The notes beneath the pieces were generated by a model. It was not told where the DNA came from. It worked only from the letters and a program-made list of their open reading frames with translations, and did no database searches. From the human T2T-CHM13v2.0 reference genome, Homo sapiens, in NCBI RefSeq assembly GCF_009914755.1, contig NC_060934.1: a stretch of 64,000 nucleotides of DNA, one strand, 5' to 3'. Within the stretch, counting starts at the first letter, position 1. Every line of letters begins with the position of its first letter. Of the stretch, positions 1 to 16,964 are shown in pieces. Both the position numbers and the translations under genes were made by a program.

Positions 1-1911
1 CGTCTATTTGAAAGCCCCTTTCTCCCTGAATCTTCTCTGCCCCACATTTTTCTGGGTTACTCCGCTTTTCATATGATTTCACAGACTTCCAACCATCGCA
101 GTCATTCTCTGTATGACTTTTGGTTGCCTCTGGCCAGATTGAACACAGTTCTCCACATTTGGAGTGGCATTGATCTTTCAATCTCTGTCTTTTTTAAATC
201 TGGGTTCAATAAACTTATTTCAGACCTTTTCCTTGAAGTCAGCATTTTTATTCTTGGCAATGTTTATTTTATTCCTTGCTGTTCCTAATGTCTTTGTTAG
301 TTCTGTATGGATGCTACTGGCTTTGTTTTTTTAGGTCTGTAGCTCATTCTTTTTGTTTCATGGTCTAGGTTTTGAACTCTTTGTTTTCTTAAATTCATGT
401 TCTTATGATATTTTCCTATAGTGAGAAAGTTATAAGGGGTTTCCTTCATCCCTTAGCTTGTTTCCTTCTGTGTTGGGTTTTTATTTTGCATGCTACATAC
501 TACCTTTTCCCCTGCCTTTTAGTTTGTTTGCATAGTTTCCTTGCCATTTTCTCTCATCTTGGGGTGGCATTCTCCAGACATTGTTCTTATGCACTGTGGG
601 TGCTTCCTGTCTGAGACCATTTGGCTGGGGACAAAGCTCAGCCAAAGCTTTGTTCTATCTGTATTAGAATAACCAGGTCTATTCTGAGATTCTCTTCAAA
701 GTTACCTATCAGAGTTCACTCTCTTATTTGGAAGAGATAATATACCCTTTGAGCTCTGATTATTTAATTCACTGAAGTCTTCACTCTAAAGAGCCAATCC
801 TGATGTTCTCTCTTCATTTTGCTCATTTCTCCCTAGCAGCCATGTTTACCACTCACTCATGAGAAGAAGAAGAAAATAAGGAAACCCCCTCAGCTTGCCT
901 CTGCAGATTTGGGGGTATAAAGGAAAATTCTCAGGATTTTGCTGACTTTGCGGTACAGTTTCAAGGGCTGATTAGAAACTAGTGTTTTGCTTACTTCTGC
1001 TCTCTGCTGTTTCACTGTTTCTTTTTTTTTTTTGATTGCCAATATTTGAAGTTTATTGCCTAGATTATCTCTCTTTCCTTGTTTGGTTGTTGTTATTGTA
1101 GATTTTGACTCTTTTCTCTCCCTGCACTCACCCTTTTTTTTTTCTTCCCATCTTACTCCTGAAGTCCAGGCCTAGGGGTTTTTTGCATTGCTGCAATTAA
1201 ACCATATCTCTATTATTTTGATCTTCAGCACGTGTGAGGGATCAGAAGAAGGATAGAGTCTGATTCCCAGGCTCTTCTAATATTTAGACTTTTATAAAAT
1301 AACTAATCAGCACTGGTATTGTCTTTTTCCCTCTCCCACTCTGTCTCCCCCACTCCTCCCTTAGCTTCTTACTTCTCTCTCTGGATGAGCTGCTTCTAGT
1401 GAAGAAAGAGTTCACTGTTCAGAGGTGGGAAGCCAGAAGATAAAACCAAATGGCTGGGCAGTCTTTAGGTTATTCCTAGCTAAGAGTTAAGAGTTGTAAG
1501 CTCTCTCATTCTTTGTTCTTCAGCCTTAAACTATCTTTCCTTCTATTAACTTTATTTGTCTCAGTTACAATGATAGAGGTAACTTCACATACTAAAAGAA
1601 ATTAGGTTACCATGTGAAACATTCTTCTTGGCTTGTGCTAATGTTATCAGATCCAAACAGCATCTGAAAGAAAATTTTCCAAGTAGATGTTGTTCTCTTG
1701 TTTTCTGAAATACATATCATATGTTAAAGTGAGAGTTTTTATACATGTTGAAAGAAGTTGAATGACATAACAAATAGTTACTGAGGCCTCCATTTTCTTA
1801 CTTCACAGTTAAAATTCCTGTTTCTCTTTGGGTATAGGAGGTAGAAAGAAGTGGGAGAGTAATAGCATTTTAAAACACAGAATCAAAAATACATATTAAA
1901 AGTAGAACTTA

Positions 1912-2286
<375 letters not shown>

Positions 2287-3088
2287 CTAGTTATTGGACT
2301 AAAAGTAGGACACATGAAGCAGGTGACTAGGAATTTGGAAATATTATTGCTTAGGTCATTACTGGACCTTACGAAGAGATTGTTGCACTGGTGACTTGGA
2401 CTTTGCTGGTCCCTCCCCGACTCTTCACAGCTGGCTTGACGACTCTTGTGACATTCTGAGGTTTTATGCTAAACCACAGGACATGCTGCTGATTTGCAGA
2501 GCTGACCTCAGCTGTAAGCACTTTGTCTTCTGCAGCGTAGAAATGTAGTGACCTACAAGTGTCCCATGCCCAAGTTGGGTGCATTATTTTGTGGTGATGG
2601 TCACATGTTTCATAAAGACTTCCTGAGTCAAAAAATGACTTTTCTCAGTTCATCTTCCATATAACTCCTGGCCACAGGGATTTTGTATCCAATGGTATTT
2701 TTGTTCTATGTGTGGATATTATTTTAGCAAAGTTCAGTGGTCACTTTCTCTGATTCCATCTTGTATTAAGCTACACTAAATATGAAAACGTAGAAAGTTT
2801 TACTTCTTATCAACAGATGCTAATGTATGACATTGAGTGAAACACTTTAATTCCTCAAGGGCTCAGTTTTCTCACCTGTAAATTGAAAAAACCTTTCAAA
2901 GATTGTATGAATCTTCAGAGATGGTAAGTCTAAGAAGTTGTCCAACTAGTTTAGTATTGTGGCTTTTTGTTTGTTTTGGAATGATTCATTCTCATATATT
3001 ATTTTTTAAAAAAATAGCCAGGTGGCTATGACATGCCTGTGTTGGTCAAGGTTTACTGAGAGTCAAGTCAGGCATTAAGAAATGTGAA

Positions 3089-3385
3089 GGCCAGGTGCAG
3101 TGGCTCACACCTGTAATCCCAGCTCTTTGGGAGGCTGAGGTGGGCAGATCACTTGAGGCCAGGAGCTTGAGACCAGCCTGGCCAACATGGTGAAACCCCG
3201 TCTCTGCTAAAAATACAAAAATTAGGTGGGCATGGTGGTGGGCGCCTGTAATCCGAGCTACTCGGGTAACTATGGCAGGAGAATCGCTTGAACCAGGAGG
3301 CAAAGGCTGCAGTGAGCCGAGATCATGCCATGGCACTCCAGCCTGGGCAACAGAGTGAGACTCTGTCTCAAAAAAAAAAAAAAAA
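3089..3385 (+). mobile_element. Alu (AluS-like)
   Basis: ggccaggtgcagtggctcac start, A-rich linker, poly(A) tail. Confidence 0.93.
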
Positions 3386-4152
3386 TGGATTGAGGGTTTG
3401 TTAGGTGTCAGCCACTATGTCAGGTGCTAGGAATTTGTCATGAACAGACTGGTCCCTACTTTCATGAATTTATAGTCCAGTGAGGGAAATAAGATGAATA
3501 AAAAGACCCCTACGTCTTTTTGTTTGAACTCTGGTAAAGAAATGTGTTTATCAGAGGGGCTAGGCCAAACTTTAGGAAAACATTTCACTTCACTTAAAAA
3601 AAATTAGGATTTTTGTTTTATTTCAGATAAGGCAACAAACTTCCATCAAGTAGAAACTTCTGCTTTTCTCTGTCTTTCAAACTTGTCAAAATCAGCAGTT
3701 TACTTTGTTAAATCTGAATGTCTCTTTTTAGTGTATTGCACAGTTTACTAGAATTGTAATCACAATTTCACATTCTTTAACAGGTATTGAAAATTTAAAT
3801 TAAAATTCTGATATTTTTGAATGGCATAAAATGCCCTATCTTATCTGAAAATTGAAAAATTAATACAGAAATGTAAATGGATTGTGAATAGGTGGGATCT
3901 GGCCAAGTGTGCATTTGTCTAGGCAGTGCTGAGTTTCTGCTCATTATTTAGTAGCTTTCATTCTTCACCTGAGCCAAAATTAGGCTTAGCCAATAAAGCC
4001 AAATTTTCCTTCTGGAAGACATGGCAGTGTCTGCCTTGCAGCATGCATCCAAGACCTTATCTGTTTCTGTATCAAACATTGTCAAGATCAGGGCATGAAG
4101 AGCCGGGGCATTCCTGACTCCCCCAACAGATGGCATCTCTTCTTTATTATAG

Positions 4153-4407
<255 letters not shown>

Positions 4408-5599
4408 TAAAATTCTAAATGGATCAGCCAGTTATTTTTAAAGATCATTCCCATCCCGCCCCACCCCCAGATCATGCATAGTATATACTACAAGCAAAAA
4501 TAAGATCCTTTTTCCAAAAGTGAGAGTTTGAGGACTACATCTTTGAATCCTGTGATATTTGCAAATTATTTGGAGCCTAAAGAAACCTCTCTAGGTACTT
4601 TAGTTCTGCTTACCTTAGAAAGTTACTTAATATTATAGGCTGCCTCAGGGTACTCTCTGGGAAAACTTTAGTGTGAGGGCTGTTTTCTGGGAGGAAGAAT
4701 AAAAATATCTTTTTGAGATTTACCCACATTGCCTTCCTTGGACATAAATTTGATGTTTAGTTACATTATTTTTTCCTAGACTGTCCCCTTGTACAGTATG
4801 TTTATCCTACATCTTAATATTTTTACTGCAAGTATTACTTGACAATGGGGATTTATTGCATATGGTCTCATGCTGTGGTTCATATGTAGCATAAGAGAAT
4901 AAACCAGGCTGCCATTCTTTCTTCATATGTCGATCTTTGGTGCTTGGTACTTCCTCAGTAGTAGAGATTTTTCTCCTTAGAGGGAACAGATTCGTTGTAT
5001 GAATGGAGTAGTTGAGGAAAGTCTAAAGCAAATACCCGTGACCTCATTTTCTCTTTCAACACTATTTGAAATACTATTTCCAAATGTGTAGGAGAAATGG
5101 GGATTTTAGTTTCTTCAGGTTTGTTGTCTTTCAGAGTTGGAAGGGGCCACTGAGCTGATGCTTGGCCGCTGTGTGAACATTTCTGCTTGAACATGTGTTG
5201 TGCCGGGAAGCCTTCTTCTCATTCTCACTGAGGTGCCTGTCTTTGGTAGGCAACCGTTAGCCAGCTCTGCCTTGTGTTGCTCTCATCCAAAGTCTCTGTC
5301 CCCCAGCTTTCCGCCTGCCAGCCTAGCTTTATGCTTTGGATCCCTCACTGTGGGATCACTTCTGAGTCCTCTTCCTATTGCCAGAATGATTTCCTAAATA
5401 GGAGGGAAGTTTCTGCAGAAAATCAGTTGGCCTCTTTTTGGGTGTGCTTAAAAAGAAAAGTAGAGCAGTCTAAACACTTAAATTTTTAATTTGGGGAAAA
5501 ATAATCAGAACTTACTCCCGGTAATTTAGATTAGCTGCTAATGGTGTTTTCTATTATTTTGGCCTGAGTTACATTATTCTCCTCTTCCCTGTCATTTAG

Positions 5600-5705
5600 T
5601 GTGGCTCCCCAAAGTGCCCATGCTGCATTTAACAAAGCAGCCAGTTACTTTGGGATGAAGATTGTGCGGGTCCCATTGACGAAGATGATGGAGGTGGATG
5701 TGCGG
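5600..5705 (+). CDS. SGPL1: SGPL1 exon 9, [35 protein letters not shown]
   Basis: catttag acceptor, gtgagt donor, 106 nt, phase matches the previous exon (AT+T=Ile). [10 protein letters not shown] motif. Absent from the ORF track. Confidence 0.97.
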
Positions 5706-6022
5706 GTGAGTCCCTCTGGAGGGCCCACTGTCTGTGCTGGGCCCTGACAGCAGAAGGGCCCTCCTGTTGACTAGCCGTTTCCAGTCAGATGGGTCTGACT
5801 GCCTTTGATTGTGGCAGCCAGAATATGAAAAACTGCATTGATAGTGGTGATTGACTGCAGCTTCAGTCTTTTCATAGGTTCATGAATTCTGAAAGGGAGG
5901 TGATCTAGTCACTAACTTGGGACTTGAGAGACACTGGTTTTGCGGTCAGCGCCATCACTTTTTCTTTCTTTTCTCTATTTGTAAAATGAACATGGACTCA
6001 CTTCCCCTAAGACTCTTACCAT

Positions 6023-6328
6023 GGCCCGGGCATGGTGGCTCACATCTGTAATCCCAGCACTTTGGGAAGCCGAGGAGGGAGGATTACTTGAACCCTTGAG
6101 CCCAGGAGTTTGCGACCAGTCTGAGCAACATAGTGAGACCCCATCTCTACACAAAATTTAAAAAAGTAGCTGGACATGGTGGCATGCACCTGTAGTCCTA
6201 GCTACTCGGGAGGCTGGGGTGGGAGGATCACTTGAGCCCCAGGAGGTTGATGCTGCAGTGAGCTGTGTTCACACCACTGTACTCCAGCTTGGGTGACAGA
6301 GCAAGACCCTGTCTCAAAAAAAAAAAAA
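6023..6328 (+). mobile_element. Alu (AluJ-like)
   Basis: Dimeric Alu, degenerate TSD aagactct.. Confidence 0.93.
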
Positions 6329-6854
6329 GACTCTCACTGTGGTTTAGATTGGCTTAAATTAATACCATTGTCATTATGATAGTGATTATTTTTATGCCTC
6401 ACATTTGTGTAGAGGAGTTTTCTAGTTTCAGTGTTCTGTCAGAATCCCATTTGAGCTTTATGACATTCCAGAGAGGTTGATGAAGCTGTTATATTATTGT
6501 AGTTCACAGATAAGGAACAGACTGAAGTAGCATACTCAGGGTTTCACTGCTGGTACGTTGTGGGGCTGGGGCTCACATTTGGCTCTTTGGCCTCTTAGCT
6601 CAATATTATTTTCGCCCCCACAGCGATTCTGTTCTTATTTTGTGCTCTCAGACTATTCTCCAAATGGACTTACCTGGAGTCACCTGTGTCCTGTCACCGT
6701 GGTGGGATGCAGTCTTCTCCCAGTTGGAGTGGTGAAGGAGGGGGTACTGGTGGAACTGGAACTCTAAGCTAGCAGCCCAAATTGCTCTTGGCAGCAGAAG
6801 AGAAGAGTAATTGTGACATAGATTCTCATTTTCCTTTAAACTTTAAATCCCTAG

Positions 6855-7031
<177 letters not shown>

Positions 7032-7598
7032 TAGAAGCGATTTTTTTTTTGTTTTTGACCACAGTAGTGATAAGTAGCTCTCATCAGCCCTAGGGGAAGC
7101 CCTGCAGCTCAGTTGCAAGCCTTTAAAAGTTGCTAGTCTCTGCTGTGGGGGAAGATAGTACAAGGCTGAGGCCTTTTAAACTGGAAATTCTGAAATAGGA
7201 TTGCCTTCTAGATTGAGATCTGGAAATAATCTGCATGTAGGAATGTGCCCACCGAAAGGGTGATATTCCACATGCTGCCCCTCAGCGCCTCCCTTTCCCT
7301 CACGCCTCATCCTGCAGTGACTGAGGCAGGACCTTTCCCTTGTGCGAGAGGCAGCCTAAATCAGAGCTCTACTCATTTCCTGCTTGATACCGCAGAGCGT
7401 TTGAGGTCATGCATATTTAAATATAAAATTGATACCATATTTCAGATGAATTATTTTGAAGGGAAAATACATTTGAAAGATAAATTTTGTTGGGAATGTT
7501 AAAAATAGCCATTTTTTAAAAACATGGGAGGCATAATACAAAATAGCCTTGTGTTTATAGCCCATCTTTCCACCCATGTCTTGCAGTTTTTATTATAG

Positions 7599-7799
<201 letters not shown>

Positions 7800-9088
7800 T
7801 AAGGAGGAGATCAAGTGTTACCAGTTGATTATTTTGACTATTATTGATAAAATAAATTGGTAGCTTCCCCGCAAAGTATAAAATTAACTATAGAATTCTC
7901 ATCAGATGCTTGTTTTAAACTCTCTCTTTGCCGTCACCAGATCAGCTGGTTCAGGTGATGGGGTATAGTGGTAGAGGTGACAAGCAGTAGTGAAAATGAA
8001 CCTGTTACCTTTATCTCAAATTGGCTAAGAGAATTTCTGTATCCACTGACTGTGTGTAACTAGAACATGCTAGTGTAGTGGCCCTTGTTAAAAAAGCTCC
8101 CTGAAGCCTTGAGCTGATTTGAGGTGGAGGGTAGAGGAGTGTGAGGGTTGGTAGTGGAGTTCCCATGCTGGTAGATAACATTAGAGCTGCTGTGCAACTG
8201 GGCTCCTGAGCGTACATGACGGGAAAATGTTGACGGAAGAGTCCTTTGGAAAATGGGAAGAACCTGTGTGCTCAGGAACATTCAGCATTTGAGATGGCCA
8301 CGCCTGCCACCCTTGGTGGACTGAGACAAAGTCTAGATCAGTTGATAACGCTATTGAATATACATCCAGATGTGGAAGAAGTATTAGCAGCCTCAGGAAT
8401 GTGTACCTTGTTTTGATTGCATTTTCAGAGCTTGTTTTAAACTCAAGTATATGAAAGACTTGTTTTTCAAAATCGGTGTGATCTGCAGCCGATTTTCAGT
8501 CAGCATCTGTTTTTTCCTTACCATCCAGATAGCTCCTGTGTCCTTTTCCCATAACCATCCATTTCTGGATGGTTCAGGTAATGAAATTAGTTCCACGTTA
8601 GTTTTAATAAGAGTTAATTAGGGGGTCAGATGTTCTATAAGGAAACCAGTTACATAGTTAATTTTAAAGCTGGATTAAGTAGCTTTTAGTTTCTGAGCAC
8701 CATTATGTTCTCATAAGCATAATATTCTTAGTAATACTAAGCAAAAAAAGATGGGAAGGGGGTCAGATGGTGATTTTAACTTGAAGTGACAAATTCCATC
8801 CTTTCCTGGCTTCCATTGCAAACTTACCCTTGCTTTCATCCTGACATATGGTCTCCAGAGAAATATTTTAAATAAGGTAAACCACATGCTGGGCAAGAGA
8901 GGGAGTAAACCGATTAACTGGGCGCTGTTCTTCCCTGGGTCTCAGATTCCTCATTCCTAACAGAGAGAATTTAAACTCCATCCCTTAAGTTCCTACTATC
9001 CTTTAGCATTTTAAGTTTGAATCCTTAATGTGAGTGGGAAACATAACAGAGAAACTGAGAAATAAATAGGATTTCCTTTGCATGATGA

Positions 9089-9541
<453 letters not shown>

Positions 9542-9705
9542 TAGGCCAGACTAGCTGGCCTGGGAGAAGAAGCTCCCTTTCTCTGCCCTGACTTTTGGAG
9601 GGTCTTTGAGACGGGGGCCTCATTTGTAGTTTATCTCATCTCTATGGATGTCTTAATAACTGGCAGCTCTTACCCTAAGGCTAATGTACAATTTAATGGT
9701 TAGGA

Positions 9706-9881
9706 CAGTGATTCCCAAACTTGAGCATGCATTCTAATCACCTGAAGGACTTGTTAAAACACAGGTAGCTGGGCCCACCCCTAGAGTTTCTGATTCAGTG
9801 GAACTGGGATGGGCTCTAAAAATTTCCATTTCTGGAGATACTGATGCTACTGCTCCAGGAATCATACTTGAAGAATCATTG
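9706..9881. mobile_element. MER5A-like hAT-Charlie DNA transposon fossil
   Basis: cagtgattcccaaactt...gaatcattg ends and internal gttaaaacaca / gtttctgattcagt segments resemble the MER5A consensus. Confidence 0.7.
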
Positions 9882-10106
9882 GAATAAGAAAATAATTGGA
9901 AATGGGCCAGAAGGAATGAGGAAAGGAGGGCAATGAAATCTTGGGTTAAGCCAAGGCCAGAACAGGCTGCATGCTTTGTCTAATGTATCTGTTAACATCT
10001 TATCTGCCCATCTCTCTATGTGTCACTTGGATTGGGGAGGCTCTTTAAGTATATTGAGGGGGAAGGAAAGCTGCCTGCAGGCATTTCTCATTTGAGAAAG
10101 ATCCTT

Positions 10107-10740
<634 letters not shown>

Positions 10741-11128
10741 TTAGATATATATAAAAGGTCCTCCTATAGCTCTGATAGGGCCATTTATTAAGACCTGCTA
10801 TACCATTTCTTGCTTTAGGGATTACATATGACTTTTTAGAACTGTGGAGATGGGCAGATTACTTTTCCAGAAATTTTTTTAGTACATCTTTCATGCCTCA
10901 GAAGCATCTAGGGGAATATAATTGGGAGTTGGGTAGACAGGTTCGAAGTCAGTGATTGAGTCATTAGATCTAGATGGGGTTTGGGCCTTGGAATTCCATT
11001 TTTATTGTTCCATCTATGATTCTGATCTCAGTAAGAACCACTGATCCAGTGTAGCCCTCTTCTTTTTTGAAGATGAGAAGACTAAAGCCCAAAGGGTTAG
11101 ATTGCATTCATTATAAGGAAGACTTTGA

Positions 11129-11356
<228 letters not shown>

Positions 11357-12347
11357 TAAGCTTGAAGAAGCCTCTTTCCCTTATTTTGCTCCATGATTTT
11401 GGAAGAACTTGGGTGGTACAGTAACCTGAAGTATAGAGTTTGACTGCTAGAGGCTAGCACGTTAGTAGCAACTGTAGTATATAAAGGATTTCTCTCTTGC
11501 CACCTGGAATTATTAGATACAAAGAACAAGACCATTAGCTTTAAACTCTGGCAGAATTAGGTGACAGCCTCCTAGACCAGTGGTTGGTCATGAGGTTTTT
11601 CTCTCAGTCTCTAGCCTTTCTACTCTCCAATCCATCTTGTACACAGCCATCAAATTGCTCTTATAAAATACTTGTTACCTGGCTAATATTTAGTTCAAGA
11701 CCTTCCTGGGGGTCTCTAATCATTCAGGCCTGCTACTGCCTTCTTTATTAGACTTTTCTAACCTAATCTTCCATGATGCCTTTGAGTAAATGCACCACTC
11801 CAACTGAGTACAGGTCTGTTCATGTCCTCTGTGTACAGCTTAGCCTTCCACACGTTGGTGCATTGCCAGTCCCATCTGGACTATCTTTTTCCCTCTTCAC
11901 AATTCCAGTAAACCCCACTAAATTCCTCCAGGGCGAGGTAGAATTTCTTCTGTGCCCTGAAGTCCTTTAAGACCCCAGCCATGTGGCCCTGTCCCCATGA
12001 GAGCACATGGGGGCTGATTATCTAAGATAAAAGTGTCTCATTGATGGTGACGTGGTTGAAGGAATGGTGGTGGAATTTGTGAGGGGATGGGTGGGACAAA
12101 GCAGCCAACACTGTTCATCCTCTTAGCATGGTTCTCAGTCATGCCGAGAAGCTCTGAGGCCAGCCCATGCCTGACACCCCAAGCATGAGAGAGCCGAGAT
12201 TCCCAGGACTAGGAACAACTTGGATGACTACACTTGTCAGAAATATTGTGAAAGGGCAACCAGGAAATTCCCGTATTTGGGGCTGCATCATTTTAGAACA
12301 TTTTTTCTTTCTTCAAGGTTCATCTCTCTCTGTCTCTTCTTTCCTAG

Positions 12348-12468
12348 TATTCATTTCTGCATCACATTACTACACGCCCGGAAACGAGTAGCTATACAAT
12401 TCCTAAAGGACATTCGAGAATCTGTCACTCAAATCATGAAGAATCCTAAAGCGAAGACCACAGGAATG
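12348..12468 (+). CDS. SGPL1: SGPL1 exon 14, [40 protein letters not shown]
   Basis: tttcctag acceptor, gtaggg donor, 121 nt. Confidence 0.96.
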
Positions 12469-13001
12469 GTAGGGACACTTGGAGTTTTTTTTCTTCTCTG
12501 GGAAATTTAGGTGTTGGTGGAGAGTTTGAAGGAATCATATGACCCGGAGTCTGTTCCTGCCTCTGCCCCTTTGCCACAGACATCTTTTATTTGTTGACTG
12601 GAGCTGATGATCTCTGCATCACCCACCCCTTAGGGTTGCTGAAGTCTCAAATGAGATACACTATAAAGTACCTTGTAAGTTAGAGACTTCTGTATAAAAG
12701 CAGCTGGTGGTAGTGTCCATTTGAAAAGAAAATTTTGTCACAGGAAAGATAGTAAACATGTTTTTTCTGGAATTTTCTTAGGCTAGTCCCTTTATGCAGA
12801 AAGGCAGACTGGAAAGTCCCTGTGAAAAATTGACTATGCCAGCTGTTTTTCTGATAGAATGATGGGATGCCTTAGGTGGAAATGGGGTAGGGCAGTGCAC
12901 ATGCGAAGCTAGGACTCGGGGAGAAGGGGCTCATTGCTGCAGTTTTATTCTTGCTTTTGGACCTGGCCTCACTAATAATGTCTCTTTCTTTGGATTTGTA
13001 G

Positions 13002-13142
<141 letters not shown>

Positions 13143-13480
13143 ACTTGGACCCTTTCTAGTCTCAAGGGGATTCCAGCCTTCAGAAGGTTCTTGGGATATG
13201 GAACAGGCCGTGCACAACTTTGACATCTGGTCTTGCTCCATAGAGCACAACTCAAGATAGACCATGAGACAGCTTGAGCCTCAGGATTCTTGTTCTTCCT
13301 CTTATCTTCCTTTTGTGGTTTTTAATTTGAAGACCCCAGAGAATTCCATTACATAATGATTTTGCCCTTGTTATAAATGTTACCCTAGGAATTGTTTTAA
13401 CCATTTCCTTTTCTAAACTCTCTAGCTTTCAACTTTACTTAAACATTGTGTGGTAGCTCTGACCTGTCCTGATTCTTTAG

Positions 13481-13930
<450 letters not shown>

Positions 13931-15185
13931 CTGTCTCTCTTAAGAGTAGGTTCATTGTCTGTCTTAGAGTCACTTCTATTGCAACTCATTTTCTTTTTCC
14001 AGGGCACAGATCGACCAAGCTGCCGTTCCCTATTCTGCAGGACAGGACTATTCTAGCATACCTGCTTCGTCCACCCAGGCAGGGTTTGGGGTGGTCTCTT
14101 CTGTGCCTGCAGTCCCCATTTGACACTTGGTTGCCACCATCTTTGGAGATTATTGTTTGGAATGATGCTTCCATTGGCTTTTTCTTGTTACCATGGACTA
14201 GGAAGAAAACATGGTTTCCAAATAATCTGGGAGCTTTTGGCCATGGTGCCGCCTTCCTGAATTGGCAGTGGTCAGAGCACACCTGAACCCTATCCTGGGC
14301 TGGTGATGAGCAGAAATCAGACCTTTTTCTATGCTTTTTTGAATATCAGAGTAGGATGAACACCCAGATTCAAATATGTCACCAAAGTTGGTGGTGGTCC
14401 TTCCCTGCACCCTTGCGTTAAGCCATTATGTAATGAAAATGTGTTTGCTTGAAGGAACAGCTCAAAGCACCTTCACAAGTTGCCTTGACTTACCCTAGGT
14501 GGGTGTGAAAGAGCACCCGTAGCAAGGAAAATTTTCTCTATTAGTGTGTTCTTCTGCCTCTTCCCCCTTGATTCAGCTTTCAGAGGTACTATGGCAGTTT
14601 TGCCTCAGGTGCTGAACATTTCTCAGCCCTGGCTAAAAGGGAGCAGCACAGGGAGAGAAACAGGATAGGAAAGCAGAATGGCGAGCAGCCTATGGCCCAG
14701 GGCCTGTAATCCCTTCCCAAGACTAGCTGCTCAGGGTGGTGCAGGGACAGGACCAGACCCTGCGCCTATTTCCTGCCTTCTTTCCCCTATAGGGAACTCT
14801 GTAGGCTGAGCCACTGTCCTGCTCTTATGACATTATATCTTGTGCCTTTCTCCTCAGCAGTGAGCAGTGAGCTACTCCTGGCCCAGGCCCTAGGGGAAAT
14901 GGATCAGTCTTTGAGGTTTCTATTTGGGGAGGGGAGTACTTAAGATGAGTCAAAAGACACTTTCCTCTGTTCCATTCCCCATCTCAGGGACTCCTGAATA
15001 TTCAGCCTCTCCAGGCTGGTGTCTTCTAGTTTCCCCCACTGGGAATGCTGGCTGGGAGAGCCATGACTACCAGACTTTTCCTCAGGCTCCTTGGCATGTT
15101 AGTCTGAATTGTTCTTGAGCACTGTACTACTGACCCAACAACTGTGACTAGCTGGCCACGCCATTCAGGGCTGGTGTGGCATTTA

Positions 15186-15208
15186 TGTGTGTGTGTGTGT
15201 GTGTGTGT
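15186..15208. repeat. (TG)n microsatellite in the SGPL1 3'UTR
   Basis: About 11 perfect TG units, with a second imperfect TG run at ~15255-15274. Confidence 0.9.
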
Positions 15209-16958
15209 TTTTCCTGTTTGCCCAGCAGTGCATTGTGGGTTCCAAGAGTGGGTAGTGTGTGTATGTGTGTGTGTCAGAGGGAGACCTGGCAGGCACCTCT
15301 TTGAGAGTAGCTGTGGTCAGAGCTGTTTGGTCAGTGCATTATGTTGAATGAGGTCCAGGAACCCAGAGCCACCCAGCAGACACCACTGTGGCTTGCCAGC
15401 TGCCAAGATGGAGAAGCATGTGCCCCTGTAGAGCGTCTCCCCAGAACCAGACCCCGAGCCACTCGCTTCCTCTGTGCTGTGACAACATTGGTGCCAGGGG
15501 AGATGGTGTTTTTCAAAGGGACCTACTGTAGCCACTTTAATTTACAATTAAGAGCCTTAGTTTGACTTAACACTTTTGTAGGCTTTTCATTGTGTATTTT
15601 TGTGTATGTGTGCATATAGCAGCTACTCTGTAGCAGAGGTGGGTAGAGACACTTAATAGTATCATGTCGCATGCAGATGTCACATCGGCCTCTGCAAAAA
15701 CTGTACTGTCTTGTTTCTGCATTAGACTTAAGTAGTCATGTGAATATACTGCTATGTCACTTTTAATATTACGAGTTTTATACTTGGAAAATGGTACTTG
15801 CTTCTTTTAAATCTCTGTCTTCTCTAACCTCCCCCTTCCCATTTCAATGCTCCCTTCCTAATTTCAGCAATAATCTCAAAAAGCAATTAAATAGTTAAAT
15901 GACCCTAATTGTAATTACTGTGGATGGTTGCATTCATTTGATTACTTGGGCACACACGAGATGACAAATGGGGCAGTGGCCATGCTTGAATGGGCTCCTG
16001 GTGAGAGATTGCCCCCTGGTGGTGAAACAATCGTGTGTGCCCACTGATACCAAGACCAATGAAAGAGACACAGTTAAGCAGCAATCCATCTCATTTCCAG
16101 GCACTTCAATAGGTCGCTGATTGGTCCTTGCACCAGCAGTGGTAGTCGTACCTATTTCAGAGAGGTCTGAAATTCAGGTTCTTAGTTTGCCAGGGACAGG
16201 CCCTATCTTATATTTTTTTCCATCTTCATCATCCACTTCTGCTTACAGTTTGCTGCTTACAATAACTTAATGATGGATTGAGTTATCTGGGTGGTCTCTA
16301 GCCATCTGGGCAGTGTGGTTCTGTCTAACCAAAGGGCATTGGCCTCAAACCCTGCATTTGGTTTAGGGGCTAACAGAGCTCCTCAGATAATCTTCACACA
16401 CATGTAACTGCTGGAGATCTTATTCTATTATGAATAAGAAACGAGAAGTTTTTCCAAAGTGTTAGTCAGGATCTGAAGGCTGTCATTCAGATAACCCAGC
16501 TTTTCCTTTTGGCTTTTAGCCCATTCAGACTTTGCCAGAGTCAAGCCAAGGATTGCTTTTTTGCTACAGTTTTCTGCCAAATGGCCTAGTTCCTGAGTAC
16601 CTGGAAACCAGAGAGAAAGAGGATCCAGGATGTACTTGGATGAGGAGGCCTGGCTTATCTAGGAAGTCGTGTCTGGGGTGCTTATTGCTGCTCCATACAG
16701 CTGTACGTCAGCCCCTTGGCCTTCTCTGTAGGTTCTTGGCAGCAATGAGCAGCTTTCACTCAGTGACACAAGTAATTACTGAGTCCTAATTTGATAGCCA
16801 CCAACTGTACCTGGGTAGGCAAAGTCAGATTTTTGAGAACCTTTTTCCTGATTTGAAGTTTTAATTACCTTATTTTCTTTTATGCTTTCCTCTGTCTTGT
16901 AATCTTTTCTCTTCTTAATATCCTTCCCTATAATTTCAATTATTTGGATTAATTTTAG

Positions 16959-16964
16959 AATAAA
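16959..16964 (+). terminator. SGPL1: SGPL1 polyadenylation signal AATAAA
   Basis: tagAATAAAcctatttatttct, then gtgttacctgtgtctttgtc downstream. Confidence 0.8.

Noticed and set aside
2360-2700. Unique-looking intronic segment considered as a pseudogene or transposase remnant
   Set aside because: No convincing protein match, poly(A) tail or TSD. A faint GVIWKMN similarity to Tigger transposases is too weak without a Dfam search.
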